DNA of 37,610 nt from Candidatus Aphodosoma sp. (GTDB lineage Bacteria; Bacteroidota; Bacteroidia; Bacteroidales; Paludibacteraceae): assembly GCA_045635445.1 (NCBI GenBank), contig JAZRCE010000014.1, positions 1-37,610 on the forward strand. Direction: 5' to 3'. Shown here one piece after another: positions 1 to 9,740 of the stretch. Below the pieces are notes generated by a model. The model did not search any database, was not told where the DNA came from, and was given only the letters and a program-made list of their open reading frames with translations. How positions within the stretch are numbered: position 1 is the first letter of the stretch; every line of letters begins with the position of its first letter. The position numbers and the translations under genes are program-made.

Positions 1-10
1 TTAATTCTTA

Positions 11-544
11 ATGGAAATATCGGTTATAAGTATTGTGGAGTCGACTTCGGTCGATGGTCCTGGATTGAGAACTACGGTGTACTGTGCTGGATGTGGGCAT
101 AGGTGCAAGGGGTGTCATAACCCTCAATCGTGGGACATCAATAGTGGCACTCTAACCGATGTAACCATATTGGCTGACAGACTTTTGGCAACAGGCGAAG
201 ATATCACATTCAGTGGTGGTGACCCAATGTTTCAGGCAGAGGCTTTCGGCGAATTGGCTGCCATAATCAAATCAAAAAGCAATCGGAACATTTGGTGCTA
301 CACAGGATACAAAATCGAGCAATTATTAAAAAAGCCAAAGGCTTTAGCTCTCCTAAAAAACATAGACGTATTGGTTGACGGACAGTTTGAATTGGCTCTA
401 CGAGATGAGAATATATTGTTCCGCGGCAGTAGCAATCAACGCTTGATAGACGTGCAGAAAACCCTCGAGAGAGGCGAAATAGTGATGTATGAACCAATCA
501 ATCTTCTATCTCCACTATTGATGAAATACAAGATAAATGCTTAA
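11..544 (+). CDS. nrdG: Anaerobic ribonucleoside-triphosphate reductase activating protein (radical SAM)
   Basis: 177-aa ORF. The N-terminal Cys cluster 'CAGCGHRCKGCHNPQSW' plus 'DGPGLRTTVY' and 'FSGGDP' are typical of NrdG-type glycyl-radical activases, and the size fits. Confidence 0.85.
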   Translation: MEISVISIVESTSVDGPGLRTTVYCAGCGHRCKGCHNPQSWDINSGTLTDVTILADRLLATGEDITFSGGDPMFQAEAFGELAAIIKSKSNRNIWCYTGYKIEQLLKKPKALALLKNIDVLVDGQFELALRDENILFRGSSNQRLIDVQKTLERGEIVMYEPINLLSPLLMKYKINA

Positions 545-615
545 AAAATCATTTACTAATATATGAAATTGAACATTTGCATAGCATAATGTTTCACATC
601 AGAACATTTAAGATT

Positions 616-3381
616 ATGATAAAAAGATTACTAAGCGCATTAAGCATAATTTTGTTATGCGTGCTTGTAAATGCACAAGTAACAACCGACCCAGCTTTTA
701 TCCAAAAAGGCTATAAAGGCGAAATAATCGTGACCTTCAACCCTGCCGAAGGAAACAAAGGTATGGTGGGAGCCACAGAATGTTATGCTCACACAGGTCT
801 TATCACATCAAAAAGTGCTTCTGGTAGCGACTGGAAATACGCAACACAAAAATGGCGTGGCGGCGAAGATAAATACAAAATGACTAAAAATGGCGATGTT
901 TGGACATTGACTATTCCTAACATCTACGAATACTACGGATGCCCTGAATCTGAAGAAATTTTGAAAATGGCATTTGTGTTCAACAATGGCCCTCAAACCA
1001 ATGCATCAAACGAAAAAGAGGGTAAAACAGCTGATGGTTCTGACATTTTTGTTGAATTAGTAGAAGCTGGATTGAACGTAAAATTCGAAACTCCTGCAAA
1101 CAATCAATTGGTAAATGTAGGCACAACAACCAACTTCAAATTATCCGCATCAGAAAATAGCTCTATTTCATTATTTATCAACGACAAAGAGATTAAAACT
1201 GAAGTAGGCACCGAACTTACAATCAATCATACATTCACTGCTATTGGCGACTACACTTGTGTTGCAAAAGCAGAGAGCGAAGGTGCTACCGACTACGACA
1301 CTATCTTCATATGCGTAGCATCAGGTCCAATAAACGCAGCTCGCCCTGAAGGTTTGCAAGATGGTATCACATACTACGACGACGATGCTACAAAAGTAAC
1401 TTTGTCGCTCTACAGCAAAAACAATAGTGGCAAAATATCACAAAATGTGTTCGTACTTGGCGACTTCAACAATTGGTCTTACTCAACCGATTATCAAATG
1501 AAAAAAGATGGCGAAACAGGCTATTTCTGGCTCGACATTACAGGTCTAGAACCTGGCAAAGAGTATGTTTTCCAATATGCTATCAAACGTCCTGACGGTT
1601 CGATAGTTCAAATCTCTGACGCATACACTCATAAAACCGTAGACCCTAACGACCACTACATCCCAGAAGATATATACCCAAATCAATTGATGTACCCTGC
1701 AGCTGCTGATGGTCCTTGCGCCGTTATACAAACTGGTCGCAAAGAGTTTGAATGGTCTGATGCTACACTCAACTTCAAACGTCCTAACAAAAACAACTTG
1801 GTTATTTATGAAATTTGGGCTTACGACTTCTCGCCTCTCCGCTCATTTGATGCTATCACAAAACGTTTGGATTATATCGAAAACCTTGGCGTAAACGCAA
1901 TTGAATTTATGCCTATCAGCGAATTCGAAGGCAACATTTCTTGGGGATATAACCCAACTCACTATTTTGCACTCGACAAAGCTTATGGCACACCGGAATC
2001 ATTTAAAACTTTGGTTGACGAATGTCATAAACGTGGCATCGCAGTGATTATCGACATGGTATTCAACCATGCTACAGGTTGGGCTCCGTTCAACAAAATG
2101 TTCCCTCTAGCCGAAAACCCTTATTTCAACGTCACTCCTCCTCACGGCGACAACGTATTCGAAGATTGGAATCATGACTGCGAAGGCACACGCAACATGT
2201 TCCACCGCACACTTAAATATTGGTTAGAAGAATATAAAATCGACGGTTATCGTATGGACTTAGCACATGGTCTATGCGGCAAAAGTTGTGAAAACTACGG
2301 CAACCAACACATACTCGAAGATTACTATGCAAATAGCATTAAAGCCATAAGCGAAGACGCTTATTTCATTCTCGAACATTGGAATCGTTGGAGCGAACAA
2401 TCAGCTCTAATTAGCAAAGGTATGATGTGCTGGGACAACACAAGTCATGCTTACTACGAACTTGCAATGGGATGGTACGATGGTTCTAATAGTAGTGCTC
2501 TTAACAATGCAAATAGAGACAATTATGTGTCATACGCCGAATCACACGACGAAGAACGTTGTCAATATAAAGCCATCCAATATGGCAATGGAGATATAAA
2601 AACAAACAAAGAAACTCGTCTCAGTCGCGTGGCTTCTTATGTTGCAATGAGCACAATGTTGAATGGTCCTCAAATGATCTGGATGTTCGAAGAGATTGGA
2701 TACGACATATCAATCGATCAAAATGGTCGTACAGGTAGCAAACCAGTACCTGAGGCAGAAAAATACTATGTTGATCCTAGTCGCATGAATCAATATCAAA
2801 TTATTGGACAAATTAACCAATTACGCACACGCATATTACCTCAAATATTCGAAGGTAATCCAACATCTCAAGATTTAGCACACAGACGTCCTATACGTAG
2901 TGTTATTTGGGGAGAAGGTATAAACCGCATGTTTATCGTGTCAAACGTTAGCACAACAACACAAGAAATATCATTACCTGAAGGAACGACTAATTGGTAT
3001 GATTATCTCACCAATAGTACAAATACGATATCGGCTGGCACTAAAATAACAATGAAAGCTGGAGAAGTGAAAGTGTATACAGCACAATACATTCCACTAC
3101 CTACCGTACCAAATAAATATACACCAGAAGATTTTACTGCTATAGATAATATTGAATTCAAAACCAATTGCATCATCTACCCTACTATTTCGGAAGACAT
3201 TATTTTCATTGAAACAACAGAAGATGTTAAATCAGTAGAAATAATAAACATTAGTGGTCAAAAAATGATGAGCGAAAACAACGTAAATTCAATCAATATT
3301 TCGTCATTACCACAAGGATTATATATGCTTATTGTAAACTTGGACAAAACACAAGAGGCGTATAAAATCTATCGCAAATAA
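616..3381 (+). CDS. Secreted multidomain GH13 alpha-amylase-family glycosidase with T9SS C-terminal sorting domain
   Basis: GH13 conserved regions are present: 'VIIDMVFNHA' (I), 'GYRMDLAHG' (II), 'ILEHW' (III) and 'YAESHDE' (IV). The track start at 577 is a TTG; the ATG at 616 gives the signal peptide MIKRLLSALSIILLCVLVNAQ. The last ~70 aa ('IYPTISEDIIFIE...LPQGLYMLIV...KIYRK') resemble a Por/T9SS secretion tail. Confidence 0.85.
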   Translation: MIKRLLSALSIILLCVLVNAQVTTDPAFIQKGYKGEIIVTFNPAEGNKGMVGATECYAHTGLITSKSASGSDWKYATQKWRGGEDKYKMTKNGDVWTLTIPNIYEYYGCPESEEILKMAFVFNNGPQTNASNEKEGKTADGSDIFVELVEAGLNVKFETPANNQLVNVGTTTNFKLSASENSSISLFINDKEIKTEVGTELTINHTFTAIGDYTCVAKAESEGATDYDTIFICVASGPINAARPEGLQDGITYYDDDATKVTLSLYSKNNSGKISQNVFVLGDFNNWSYSTDYQMKKDGETGYFWLDITGLEPGKEYVFQYAIKRPDGSIVQISDAYTHKTVDPNDHYIPEDIYPNQLMYPAAADGPCAVIQTGRKEFEWSDATLNFKRPNKNNLVIYEIWAYDFSPLRSFDAITKRLDYIENLGVNAIEFMPISEFEGNISWGYNPTHYFALDKAYGTPESFKTLVDECHKRGIAVIIDMVFNHATGWAPFNKMFPLAENPYFNVTPPHGDNVFEDWNHDCEGTRNMFHRTLKYWLEEYKIDGYRMDLAHGLCGKSCENYGNQHILEDYYANSIKAISEDAYFILEHWNRWSEQSALISKGMMCWDNTSHAYYELAMGWYDGSNSSALNNANRDNYVSYAESHDEERCQYKAIQYGNGDIKTNKETRLSRVASYVAMSTMLNGPQMIWMFEEIGYDISIDQNGRTGSKPVPEAEKYYVDPSRMNQYQIIGQINQLRTRILPQIFEGNPTSQDLAHRRPIRSVIWGEGINRMFIVSNVSTTTQEISLPEGTTNWYDYLTNSTNTISAGTKITMKAGEVKVYTAQYIPLPTVPNKYTPEDFTAIDNIEFKTNCIIYPTISEDIIFIETTEDVKSVEIINISGQKMMSENNVNSINISSLPQGLYMLIVNLDKTQEAYKIYRK

Positions 3382-3400
3382 TGTATAAATCCTATAAACA

Positions 3401-3431
3401 AAAAAGGAACCTTAAAAAAGGTTCCTTTTTT
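3401..3431 (+). terminator. Rho-independent terminator after the amylase gene
   Basis: Perfect hairpin aaaaaggaacc / ggttccttttt followed by a T-run, 20 nt after the stop codon. Confidence 0.7.
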
Positions 3432-3456
3432 ATTTTAATTATATTTAAAAATAAAA

Positions 3457-3488
3457 TTTGCCTATGTCAGTTTTTTTTATTAACTTTG
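3457..3488 (+). promoter_or_regulatory. Bacteroidetes-type promoter (-33 TTTG, -7 TAACTTTG)
   Basis: TTTG at 3457-3460 and TAACTTTG at 3481-3488 with a 20-nt spacer match the Bacteroides sigma-ABfr consensus TTTG/TAnnTTTG. They lie upstream of the 3573 CDS. Confidence 0.55.
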
Positions 3489-3572
3489 CATAAGGAAAAT
3501 ACTAGCCATCACACTAGTGCTAACAAATAGAAAATTAACAACTTAACACATACAACATTAACACAAAAAGGT

Positions 3573-4415
3573 ATGAAAGACCAAGAACCTGTAAAAATTT
3601 TATTTATTACACAAGAAATTGATCCTTACATTAAAGAAACAGAAATAGCAGAAATCTGTCGTAAATTTCCACAATACACACAAGATAAAGGATGTGAGAT
3701 TCGTACCTTTATGCCATGCTTTGGACATATCAATGAGAGACGTAACCAATTACATGAAGTTCAACGTTTGTCGGGTTTAAACATTATTATAGATGATTCA
3801 GACCACCCGTTAATCATTAAAGTTGCAACGATACAAGGCACTAGGATGCAAGTATATTTCATTGACAACGAAGATTTCTTTCATCGTCATGGCATCGCAA
3901 AAGACAAAGAAGGCAATTATTTCAATGATAATGATGAACGTGGTATTTTTTATGTACGTAGTGTTTTAGAAACCATAAAGAAATTGCGTTGGACTCCAGA
4001 CATCATCCATATTCATGGTTGGATTGCAGCGTTAGCACCTATATATATAAAAAAATCTTATGCGTCTGACCCATTCTTTGCTAATTCAAAAATTATCTAT
4101 TCTATATATAAAGATAGTTTTGAATGCAAAATAAGAGAAGGTTTCGATGAGCGTGTTTTATTTGACGAAATAGAAAGAAAAGATGTTGAGGCCTTAAAGG
4201 GTGAAACTTTCAATACCGACACTCTTCATAAATTAGCAATCAATCATTCTGATGCAATTATTTGTGCCTCTGAAACAATAACAGAGGATTTAGAACGTTA
4301 TATAGCAGAGAAAGATATCCCATTCTTACCATATTCGACAGAAGAAAGAGATGAAAACTATTGGAATTTTTTCACGAGCATATACCCAAAACTAAATAAC
4401 GAAGATAACGAATAA
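3573..4415 (+). CDS. Short glycogen/starch synthase-like protein (GT5 N-terminal-type domain only)
   Basis: 280 aa. 'KILFITQEIDPY', 'DIIHIHGWIAALAP' and 'DNEDFFHR' resemble the N-terminal Glyco_transf_5 half of GlgA. Short forms like this next to a DUF4270 gene are common in Bacteroidales (from memory). Confidence 0.65.
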   Translation: MKDQEPVKILFITQEIDPYIKETEIAEICRKFPQYTQDKGCEIRTFMPCFGHINERRNQLHEVQRLSGLNIIIDDSDHPLIIKVATIQGTRMQVYFIDNEDFFHRHGIAKDKEGNYFNDNDERGIFYVRSVLETIKKLRWTPDIIHIHGWIAALAPIYIKKSYASDPFFANSKIIYSIYKDSFECKIREGFDERVLFDEIERKDVEALKGETFNTDTLHKLAINHSDAIICASETITEDLERYIAEKDIPFLPYSTEERDENYWNFFTSIYPKLNNEDNE

Positions 4416-4432
4416 TACGTACATATAAAAGA

Positions 4433-4462
4433 GGGAGTTATACATTATGTTAATTCCCTTTT
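4433..4462 (+). terminator. Possible intrinsic terminator
   Basis: Stem gggagtta / taattccc (one G-U pair) followed by TTTT. Confidence 0.4.
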
Positions 4463-4492
4463 AATATATTTATAAACAAAAAAAGTTAAATA

Positions 4493-5866
4493 ATGAAAAA
4501 ATTATACATATATTTTGTAGTCGCATTAGCTTTCTTTATTATTTCTTGCAACAAAGATGAATCGGTTGGCGTTGAGATAAAACCACAAGAGGATGAAATA
4601 ATAGTAGAAAGTGACACATTCATAATAGAGAGCGAGAACTATTATATCCCTGCTATTTCGGCACAAGCAGACTCTATGATTTTAGGAGAATTTTATAGTG
4701 CAAAATATGGTACAACTAAAGCTGAATTATTAATACAAATTGCACCTCCTATTGACTACAAGTTTCCAGAAGCTAAATATAACCCTCAACCAGACTCATT
4801 AGTACTAATGATGTATTATAATAGTTGGTTTGGTTCGCCATATGCACCATTAGAATTTAGTGTTTATGAAATAAATAAGCAAACAATTGATTATAACACT
4901 CAATATTTATCAAATTTAGAAATAGGAGATTTCTGTGATTCCACAATTCTTATGGGTAAACGTTTAATGACTTCTATTGACTTATCGCGCGCGGACTCAG
5001 TACAAGAAGACACTGCAAAAACACCATACGTTAGATATAAGTTTAGTGAAGTTCAATTAAAAAGATTCTTCAACATGCCTCAAGATGTATACAAAAACGA
5101 ATCTGCCTTTTTAAATGAATTTAAAGGACTATACATAACAACAAGGTATGGTTCATCAACATTGATTAATTTCAATCAGATAAGCATGCATTTATATTAT
5201 CACTATACTTATCAAAAAAACGGTAAAGATACAATAGTCAATACATCTATCGTATACCCTTCAAATAAGGAAGTAAGACAATTAAACAAATTCACACATC
5301 CAAATATTGAAAATATTGCAGTTTGTGATGATAGCATAAATTATATCAAATCAGCAGCAGGCATATATCCTAAAATACGCATACCAATTGGAAAAATGAG
5401 TAAACGCATTTATGACAAAATAGGAAACCAACAATTAAATATCAACGCTGCTGAAATTTTAATTGAAACTATTAACTATGAAGATTCTGACACATATATG
5501 GGATTACCATACTATTTACTTGCACTAACTACCGAACAATTTGATGACTTCATAAAATATAATACCGTTCCAACAGCGACAGATACAACTGCAATCATTG
5601 CAAATTACAATGTAACTAAGGGAGGATATAAATTAGATTTAGCTTATTTTATCACAAAATATCTTCGCAATAAGACTGTCAATGAAGACGATGTCATAGA
5701 AATGATATTAATGCCAGTAAATATACAAACAGCAACATCATCAACAACTAGTACAACATCGGTAACAAACATAAAACCTTTGACTCAATTGGCAGCAACA
5801 ACTATTCGTAGTGGAAAAAACTCAACATCTCCAATGAGATTAAAAATACTTTACAACGGATTTTAA
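4493..5866 (+). CDS. Lipoprotein of unknown function (DUF4270-like)
   Basis: Lipobox 'FFIISC'. 457 aa with a Ser/Thr-rich stretch near the C-terminus. Its position after the glycogen-synthase-like gene matches the usual DUF4270 context. The family assignment is from memory and is not verifiable here. Confidence 0.55.
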   Translation: MKKLYIYFVVALAFFIISCNKDESVGVEIKPQEDEIIVESDTFIIESENYYIPAISAQADSMILGEFYSAKYGTTKAELLIQIAPPIDYKFPEAKYNPQPDSLVLMMYYNSWFGSPYAPLEFSVYEINKQTIDYNTQYLSNLEIGDFCDSTILMGKRLMTSIDLSRADSVQEDTAKTPYVRYKFSEVQLKRFFNMPQDVYKNESAFLNEFKGLYITTRYGSSTLINFNQISMHLYYHYTYQKNGKDTIVNTSIVYPSNKEVRQLNKFTHPNIENIAVCDDSINYIKSAAGIYPKIRIPIGKMSKRIYDKIGNQQLNINAAEILIETINYEDSDTYMGLPYYLLALTTEQFDDFIKYNTVPTATDTTAIIANYNVTKGGYKLDLAYFITKYLRNKTVNEDDVIEMILMPVNIQTATSSTTSTTSVTNIKPLTQLAATTIRSGKNSTSPMRLKILYNGF

Positions 5867-5953
5867 ATAATCAACAACAAACAATTAATAATTAACAATT
5901 TATTCTTACAGTTAGTCTTTTTTTTGTAGTTATTAATTTTTAATTATGTTAGA

Positions 5954-8380
5954 ATGAATTTAAGCAATAATATAACAACAAATATGCATGATGCCATTGA
6001 ATTCAGTAATGGCGAGAGAGAAAGATTAGGAGATAAACAAATATTTCCTAATCATATAATACTTGGATTAATGCGATTGACAGATTGTTCTGCTCTAAAT
6101 ATACTAATTAGATTAGGGGTAAATCTGAATCTTTTAAAAAAGAAATTAGAGGAAATTAAAAATGCTGAAGTTGTAGGAGGTAATGAAACATCACTACATA
6201 GAACTACAGAATCACTATTATTATTGGCAAATCTCGAAGCTCGTTTATCTAATTCTCCTAATGTGCATACTTATCATTTCATAATGGCAATATTGCGCCA
6301 AAAAGAATCGGAGTTGATGAAACTGTTTGGAGAAATGGACATTACATATGATAAATTCAAAGCATTAACCAACAATAATATACCGCAAAACAAACTTGGC
6401 TCGGTATATGACAGCGATGACGATCTAGAAGATGAAGAAGACGATATGCCTCGTCAACAAAACACAAATACTAGTGATAAGATTACGACACTTCCAACTA
6501 ATCAGAACTCGGCTACACCAGCGCTAGATAATTTCTCACGCGATTTATCAAAAGCTGCAGTCGAAGGAGAATTGGACCCAGTGGTTGGACGCGAAAACGA
6601 AATTCAACGCACAATACAAATCTTAAGTCGCCGCAAGAAGAATAATCCTGTGTTAATAGGCGAACCTGGTGTGGGTAAATCGGCCATTGTAGAAGGACTG
6701 GCTACACGTATTGCAAACCGACAAGTACCTCGTGCTCTATTTGATAAAAAGATTGTTTCACTCGATTTAGCTGCTATGCTTGCAGGTACAAAATATCGTG
6801 GACAATTCGAAGAGAGATTGAAATCGGTGATGAACGAATTGGAAGCTAACCCCAACATCATACTCTTTATAGATGAGATACATACGATTGTAGGTGCTGG
6901 TGCTACTACTGGATCGCTCGATACTGCAAATATGTTGAAACCAGCTTTATCAAGAGGCAAATTTCAATGTATCGGTGCTACTACATTGAACGAATATCGC
7001 CAATCTATTGAGAAAGATGGGGCGTTAGAACGCCGTTTTCAAAAAATATTGGTTGAAGCTACGACAAAAAAGGAGACATTGCAGATATTGCGCAATATCA
7101 AAGACCGCTATGAAGATCACCATCAGGTGCGTTACACAGATGAGGCTTTGGAGTTGTGTGTAAATCTGACAGAGAGATACATTACAGACCGCTCATTCCC
7201 CGACAAGGCGATAGATGCAATGGATGAGGCAGGAGCGCGCATGCACTTGACCAACCTTAGCGTACCTGCTCATATTGAAGAACTTGAAAACAATATTACC
7301 GAGTTTGATGGTTTGAAAAAAGAGGCTGTATTGCGTCAAGATTTTGAACTTGCAGCTAAATATCGCGATCAAGTGGCAACACTTGCTTCACAACTTGAAC
7401 TAGAGAAAAAACAGTGGTTGGCGGAGAATAAAGAGAATCGAGTGGAAGTGACTGGCGATGACATAACTGCCACTATATCAAATATGGCAGGAGTGCCACT
7501 CACACGCATTGCCGAAAGCGAAAATGAGAGACTGCTGAAAATGGGAGAAGCATTGCGCGGACAAGTGATTGGACAAGATGATGCAGTACAAAAAGTTGTA
7601 CGTGCCATCCGTCGCAGTCGTGTAGGATTGAAAGATCCTAACAAGCCAATCGGGTCGTTTATATTCCTTGGTCCTACTGGAGTAGGTAAAACATTGTTGG
7701 CTAAGAAATTGGCTGAATATATGTTTGGCTCAGTAGATGCGTTGGTGCGTATAGACATGAGCGAATTTATGGAGAAATTCTCAGTATCGAGATTAGTGGG
7801 TGCGCCTCCGGGATATGTTGGTTACGAGCAAGGTGGACAATTGACTGAAAAAATACGCCGTAAACCCTACTCTATCGTGCTATTTGACGAGATAGAAAAG
7901 GCTAATTCAGAAGTATATAACATATTGTTGCAATTACTCGACGAAGGCTTTATTACTGATGGTTTGGGTCGTAAAATAGACTTCAAAAATACAGTGATAA
8001 TTATGACCTCTAATGCTGGCACACGCCAATTAAAAGACTTTGGACGTGGTGTAGGATTTGCAACTGCGGATAAAACTGACAATCAAGAATATGCTCATGC
8101 AGTAACACGCAAAGCATTAGAAAAAACATTTGCACCTGAATTCCTCAATCGTATTGACGAAATAATCAACTTTAACCAATTGACGCGTAATGATATAAAT
8201 CAAATTATCAATCTTGAATTGGATAAATTTAAGGCACGTTGCGAAAATTTAGGTTTTGAGTTGGAGGTGTCGGATGCTGCAGTGAATTTCTTGGCTGATA
8301 AGGGTTTTGATAAACAATATGGTGCGCGTCCATTGCAACGCTCGATACAGACTCATTTGGAAGATTTGATTGTAGAATAG
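5954..8380 (+). CDS. clpC: ClpC-type AAA+ chaperone / Clp protease ATP-binding subunit (C-terminally truncated by an in-frame TAG)
   Basis: Two Walker A motifs ('GEPGVGKS', 'GPTGVGKT'), 'LFIDEIH', 'VLFDEIEKA', a UVR-like linker ('LRQDFELAAKYRDQ') and a Clp_N-like N-terminus. The ORF stops at TAG 8378-8380, but the frame continues with ClpC-like tail sequence to 8461. Confidence 0.9.
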   Translation: MNLSNNITTNMHDAIEFSNGERERLGDKQIFPNHIILGLMRLTDCSALNILIRLGVNLNLLKKKLEEIKNAEVVGGNETSLHRTTESLLLLANLEARLSNSPNVHTYHFIMAILRQKESELMKLFGEMDITYDKFKALTNNNIPQNKLGSVYDSDDDLEDEEDDMPRQQNTNTSDKITTLPTNQNSATPALDNFSRDLSKAAVEGELDPVVGRENEIQRTIQILSRRKKNNPVLIGEPGVGKSAIVEGLATRIANRQVPRALFDKKIVSLDLAAMLAGTKYRGQFEERLKSVMNELEANPNIILFIDEIHTIVGAGATTGSLDTANMLKPALSRGKFQCIGATTLNEYRQSIEKDGALERRFQKILVEATTKKETLQILRNIKDRYEDHHQVRYTDEALELCVNLTERYITDRSFPDKAIDAMDEAGARMHLTNLSVPAHIEELENNITEFDGLKKEAVLRQDFELAAKYRDQVATLASQLELEKKQWLAENKENRVEVTGDDITATISNMAGVPLTRIAESENERLLKMGEALRGQVIGQDDAVQKVVRAIRRSRVGLKDPNKPIGSFIFLGPTGVGKTLLAKKLAEYMFGSVDALVRIDMSEFMEKFSVSRLVGAPPGYVGYEQGGQLTEKIRRKPYSIVLFDEIEKANSEVYNILLQLLDEGFITDGLGRKIDFKNTVIIMTSNAGTRQLKDFGRGVGFATADKTDNQEYAHAVTRKALEKTFAPEFLNRIDEIINFNQLTRNDINQIINLELDKFKARCENLGFELEVSDAAVNFLADKGFDKQYGARPLQRSIQTHLEDLIVE

Positions 8381-8478
8381 ATGCTTGCTGTAGGCAAAAT
8401 GAATAGAGATAAGGTTGTGGTGGATGTTGATGAAAATGGTGACAAATTGAGAATTAACTAAACAAAAAAATATATGTT

Positions 8479-9431
8479 TTAGTTTTTCTTGAAAAATAGA
8501 GAGGGGTTAGTAAGTTTTGAGAATAATGGTATTTTTAAAAGTAAACCGATTACTATCATAATTAGCAAAACATATGCTATAGCGGCACCAAATGATGTTG
8601 GTAATCCAAATTTAGTAACAATCTTCATTAATATATAGATGATAAAAGCGTGATAGATGTAATATTGTATTGTTAATTTACCTTGTTTAGCAATCCACAT
8701 ATTTGTAGGGCATAAATTCATAAATGCAATAGACATAGGGATGCTTAATCCATAAATTAATATTCTACAATATACATAAAATGGGTTATTATAAGGTTCA
8801 GCTTGATTTAAATCGCCTAGGTATTGTGGGAAAAATATTGGTATTAAAATAGTAAATAATAAAAATAAAGCGCATACTATTTTATATTTTGAAGGAAGGA
8901 ATAAATTTTTACCTCTCATATAGTACCCTATAAAAAAGAATGGCATAAAAGAAAATGTTCATTGTAAAGATAATAATCTATTAAATGGTAAAAAACCAGC
9001 AAGTAGGCCTATACAGAATGCACATAGTAAAACTAGTTTTTTATTGTTGAGTATTTTATTAGGAATAATTTGAAGTATTGTCCTCCAATAGAGTAAACTA
9101 AGCAAATACCATAGAACCCACCATGGAGTTAGCATACTACTTACTGATATTGTACCTGATATGATAAATTGGAAGGAACGAATGATTAGTTGAAAAATTA
9201 ACAATGGTTCTGTTAGTTTCCAGCAACTTAGAAAAAATGATTTATTATCTTTCTTACAAGAAAAATAACCTGATAAGAAAATAAAAATGGCATATGGAAC
9301 ATGTATATCCAATGCCATACAATTGTACAGGTATTTATTGGAGAAAATTGGTTTTGTGAAAATACGTGGCCTATAATGACTAAAGTTATTAGCCAAAATT
9401 TAACTGAATCTATATTTTCATTGCGTATCAT
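8479..9431 (-). pseudogene. Acyltransferase family 3 (OafA/fucose 4-O-acetylase-like) membrane protein, disrupted
   Basis: Three track ORFs (9431-9228, 9396-8959, 8946-8479) together make one acyltransferase-3 protein. The N-terminus is 'IDSVKFWLITLVIIGHVF' and 'FHMP' continues in another frame as 'IFIFLSGYF'. This implies a 1-nt indel at the T5 run near 9283-9288. An in-frame TGA at 8959-8961 sits inside '...LLSLQ*TFSFMPFFFIGYYMRG'. Confidence 0.75.
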
Positions 9432-9442
9432 AGTTTATTTTG

Positions 9443-9450
9443 CAAAGATA
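9443..9450 (-). promoter_or_regulatory. Possible -7 promoter box (TATCTTTG) for the acyltransferase pseudogene
   Basis: The reverse complement of caaagata is TATCTTTG, matching TAnnTTTG 12 nt upstream of the ATG at 9431. No clear -33 element. Confidence 0.35.
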
Positions 9451-9571
9451 CATATTTTTTTAGAAATAATAAAATTATTTTTTTCTAAATTGTAGTAAAA
9501 ATGATAATATAGTTTCGATTAACTAAATATTATTAATTAATTTTCTTGGTATAAAAAATAACAAAAAACAT

Positions 9572-9602
9572 TTTGTTATATCAGAAAAAAGCAGTAACTT
9601 TG
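9572..9602 (+). promoter_or_regulatory. Promoter of tRNA-Lys (-33 TTTG, -7 TAACTTTG)
   Basis: TTTG at 9572-9575 and TAACTTTG at 9595-9602 with a 19-nt spacer, about 22 nt upstream of the tRNA 5' end. Confidence 0.55.
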
Positions 9603-9623
9603 CAGTCGCAAAAATAAAGGGAT

Positions 9624-9696
9624 GTATCCGTAGCTCAGTTGGTAGAGCAATTGACTCTTAATCAATGGGTCGAGGGTTCGAGCCCCTCCGGGTATA
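9624..9696 (+). tRNA. tRNA-Lys (anticodon CTT)
   Basis: Manual cloverleaf: D arm GCTC-AGTTGGTA-GAGC, anticodon arm ATTGA-CTCTTAA-TCAAT, variable loop GGGTC, T arm GAGGG-TTCGAGC-CCCTC. The acceptor GTATCCG/CGGGTAT contains G1-U72 and U4-G69 wobble pairs. No encoded CCA. Confidence 0.85.
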
Positions 9697-9702
9697 CAGA
9701 AG

Positions 9703-9740
9703 ATAAGGACAACTTCGGGATGAGGTTGTCCTTATTTTTT
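9703..9740 (+). terminator. Rho-independent terminator of tRNA-Lys
   Basis: Stem ataaggacaac / gttgtccttat followed by T6. Confidence 0.75.

Noticed and set aside
577-615. Track start codons at 577, 24468, 26929, 33384, 36897 and 34929
   Set aside because: These are TTG/GTG codons that extend the ORFs upstream of promoter boxes or signal peptides. Downstream ATGs give canonical N-termini.
6604-8082. Antisense ORFs inside clpC (6604-6960, 7369-7758, 7867-8082)
   Set aside because: They lie opposite a strongly supported conserved CDS, and their low-complexity Ser/Pro/Thr-rich translations are typical of antisense frames.
8378-8961. Stop-codon reassignment (TAG or TGA read as sense) to explain the in-frame stops in clpC and the acyltransferase
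   Set aside because: TAG ends the 15738-17531 and 18240-20045 genes, and TGA ends the CYTH and nuclease genes, at lengths expected for their families. Standard code 11 fits the rest of the window.
8479-9431. Treating 8479-8946, 8959-9396 and 9228-9431 as three separate small membrane proteins
   Set aside because: Read together they reconstruct a single acyltransferase-3 protein, interrupted by one frameshift and one in-frame TGA.
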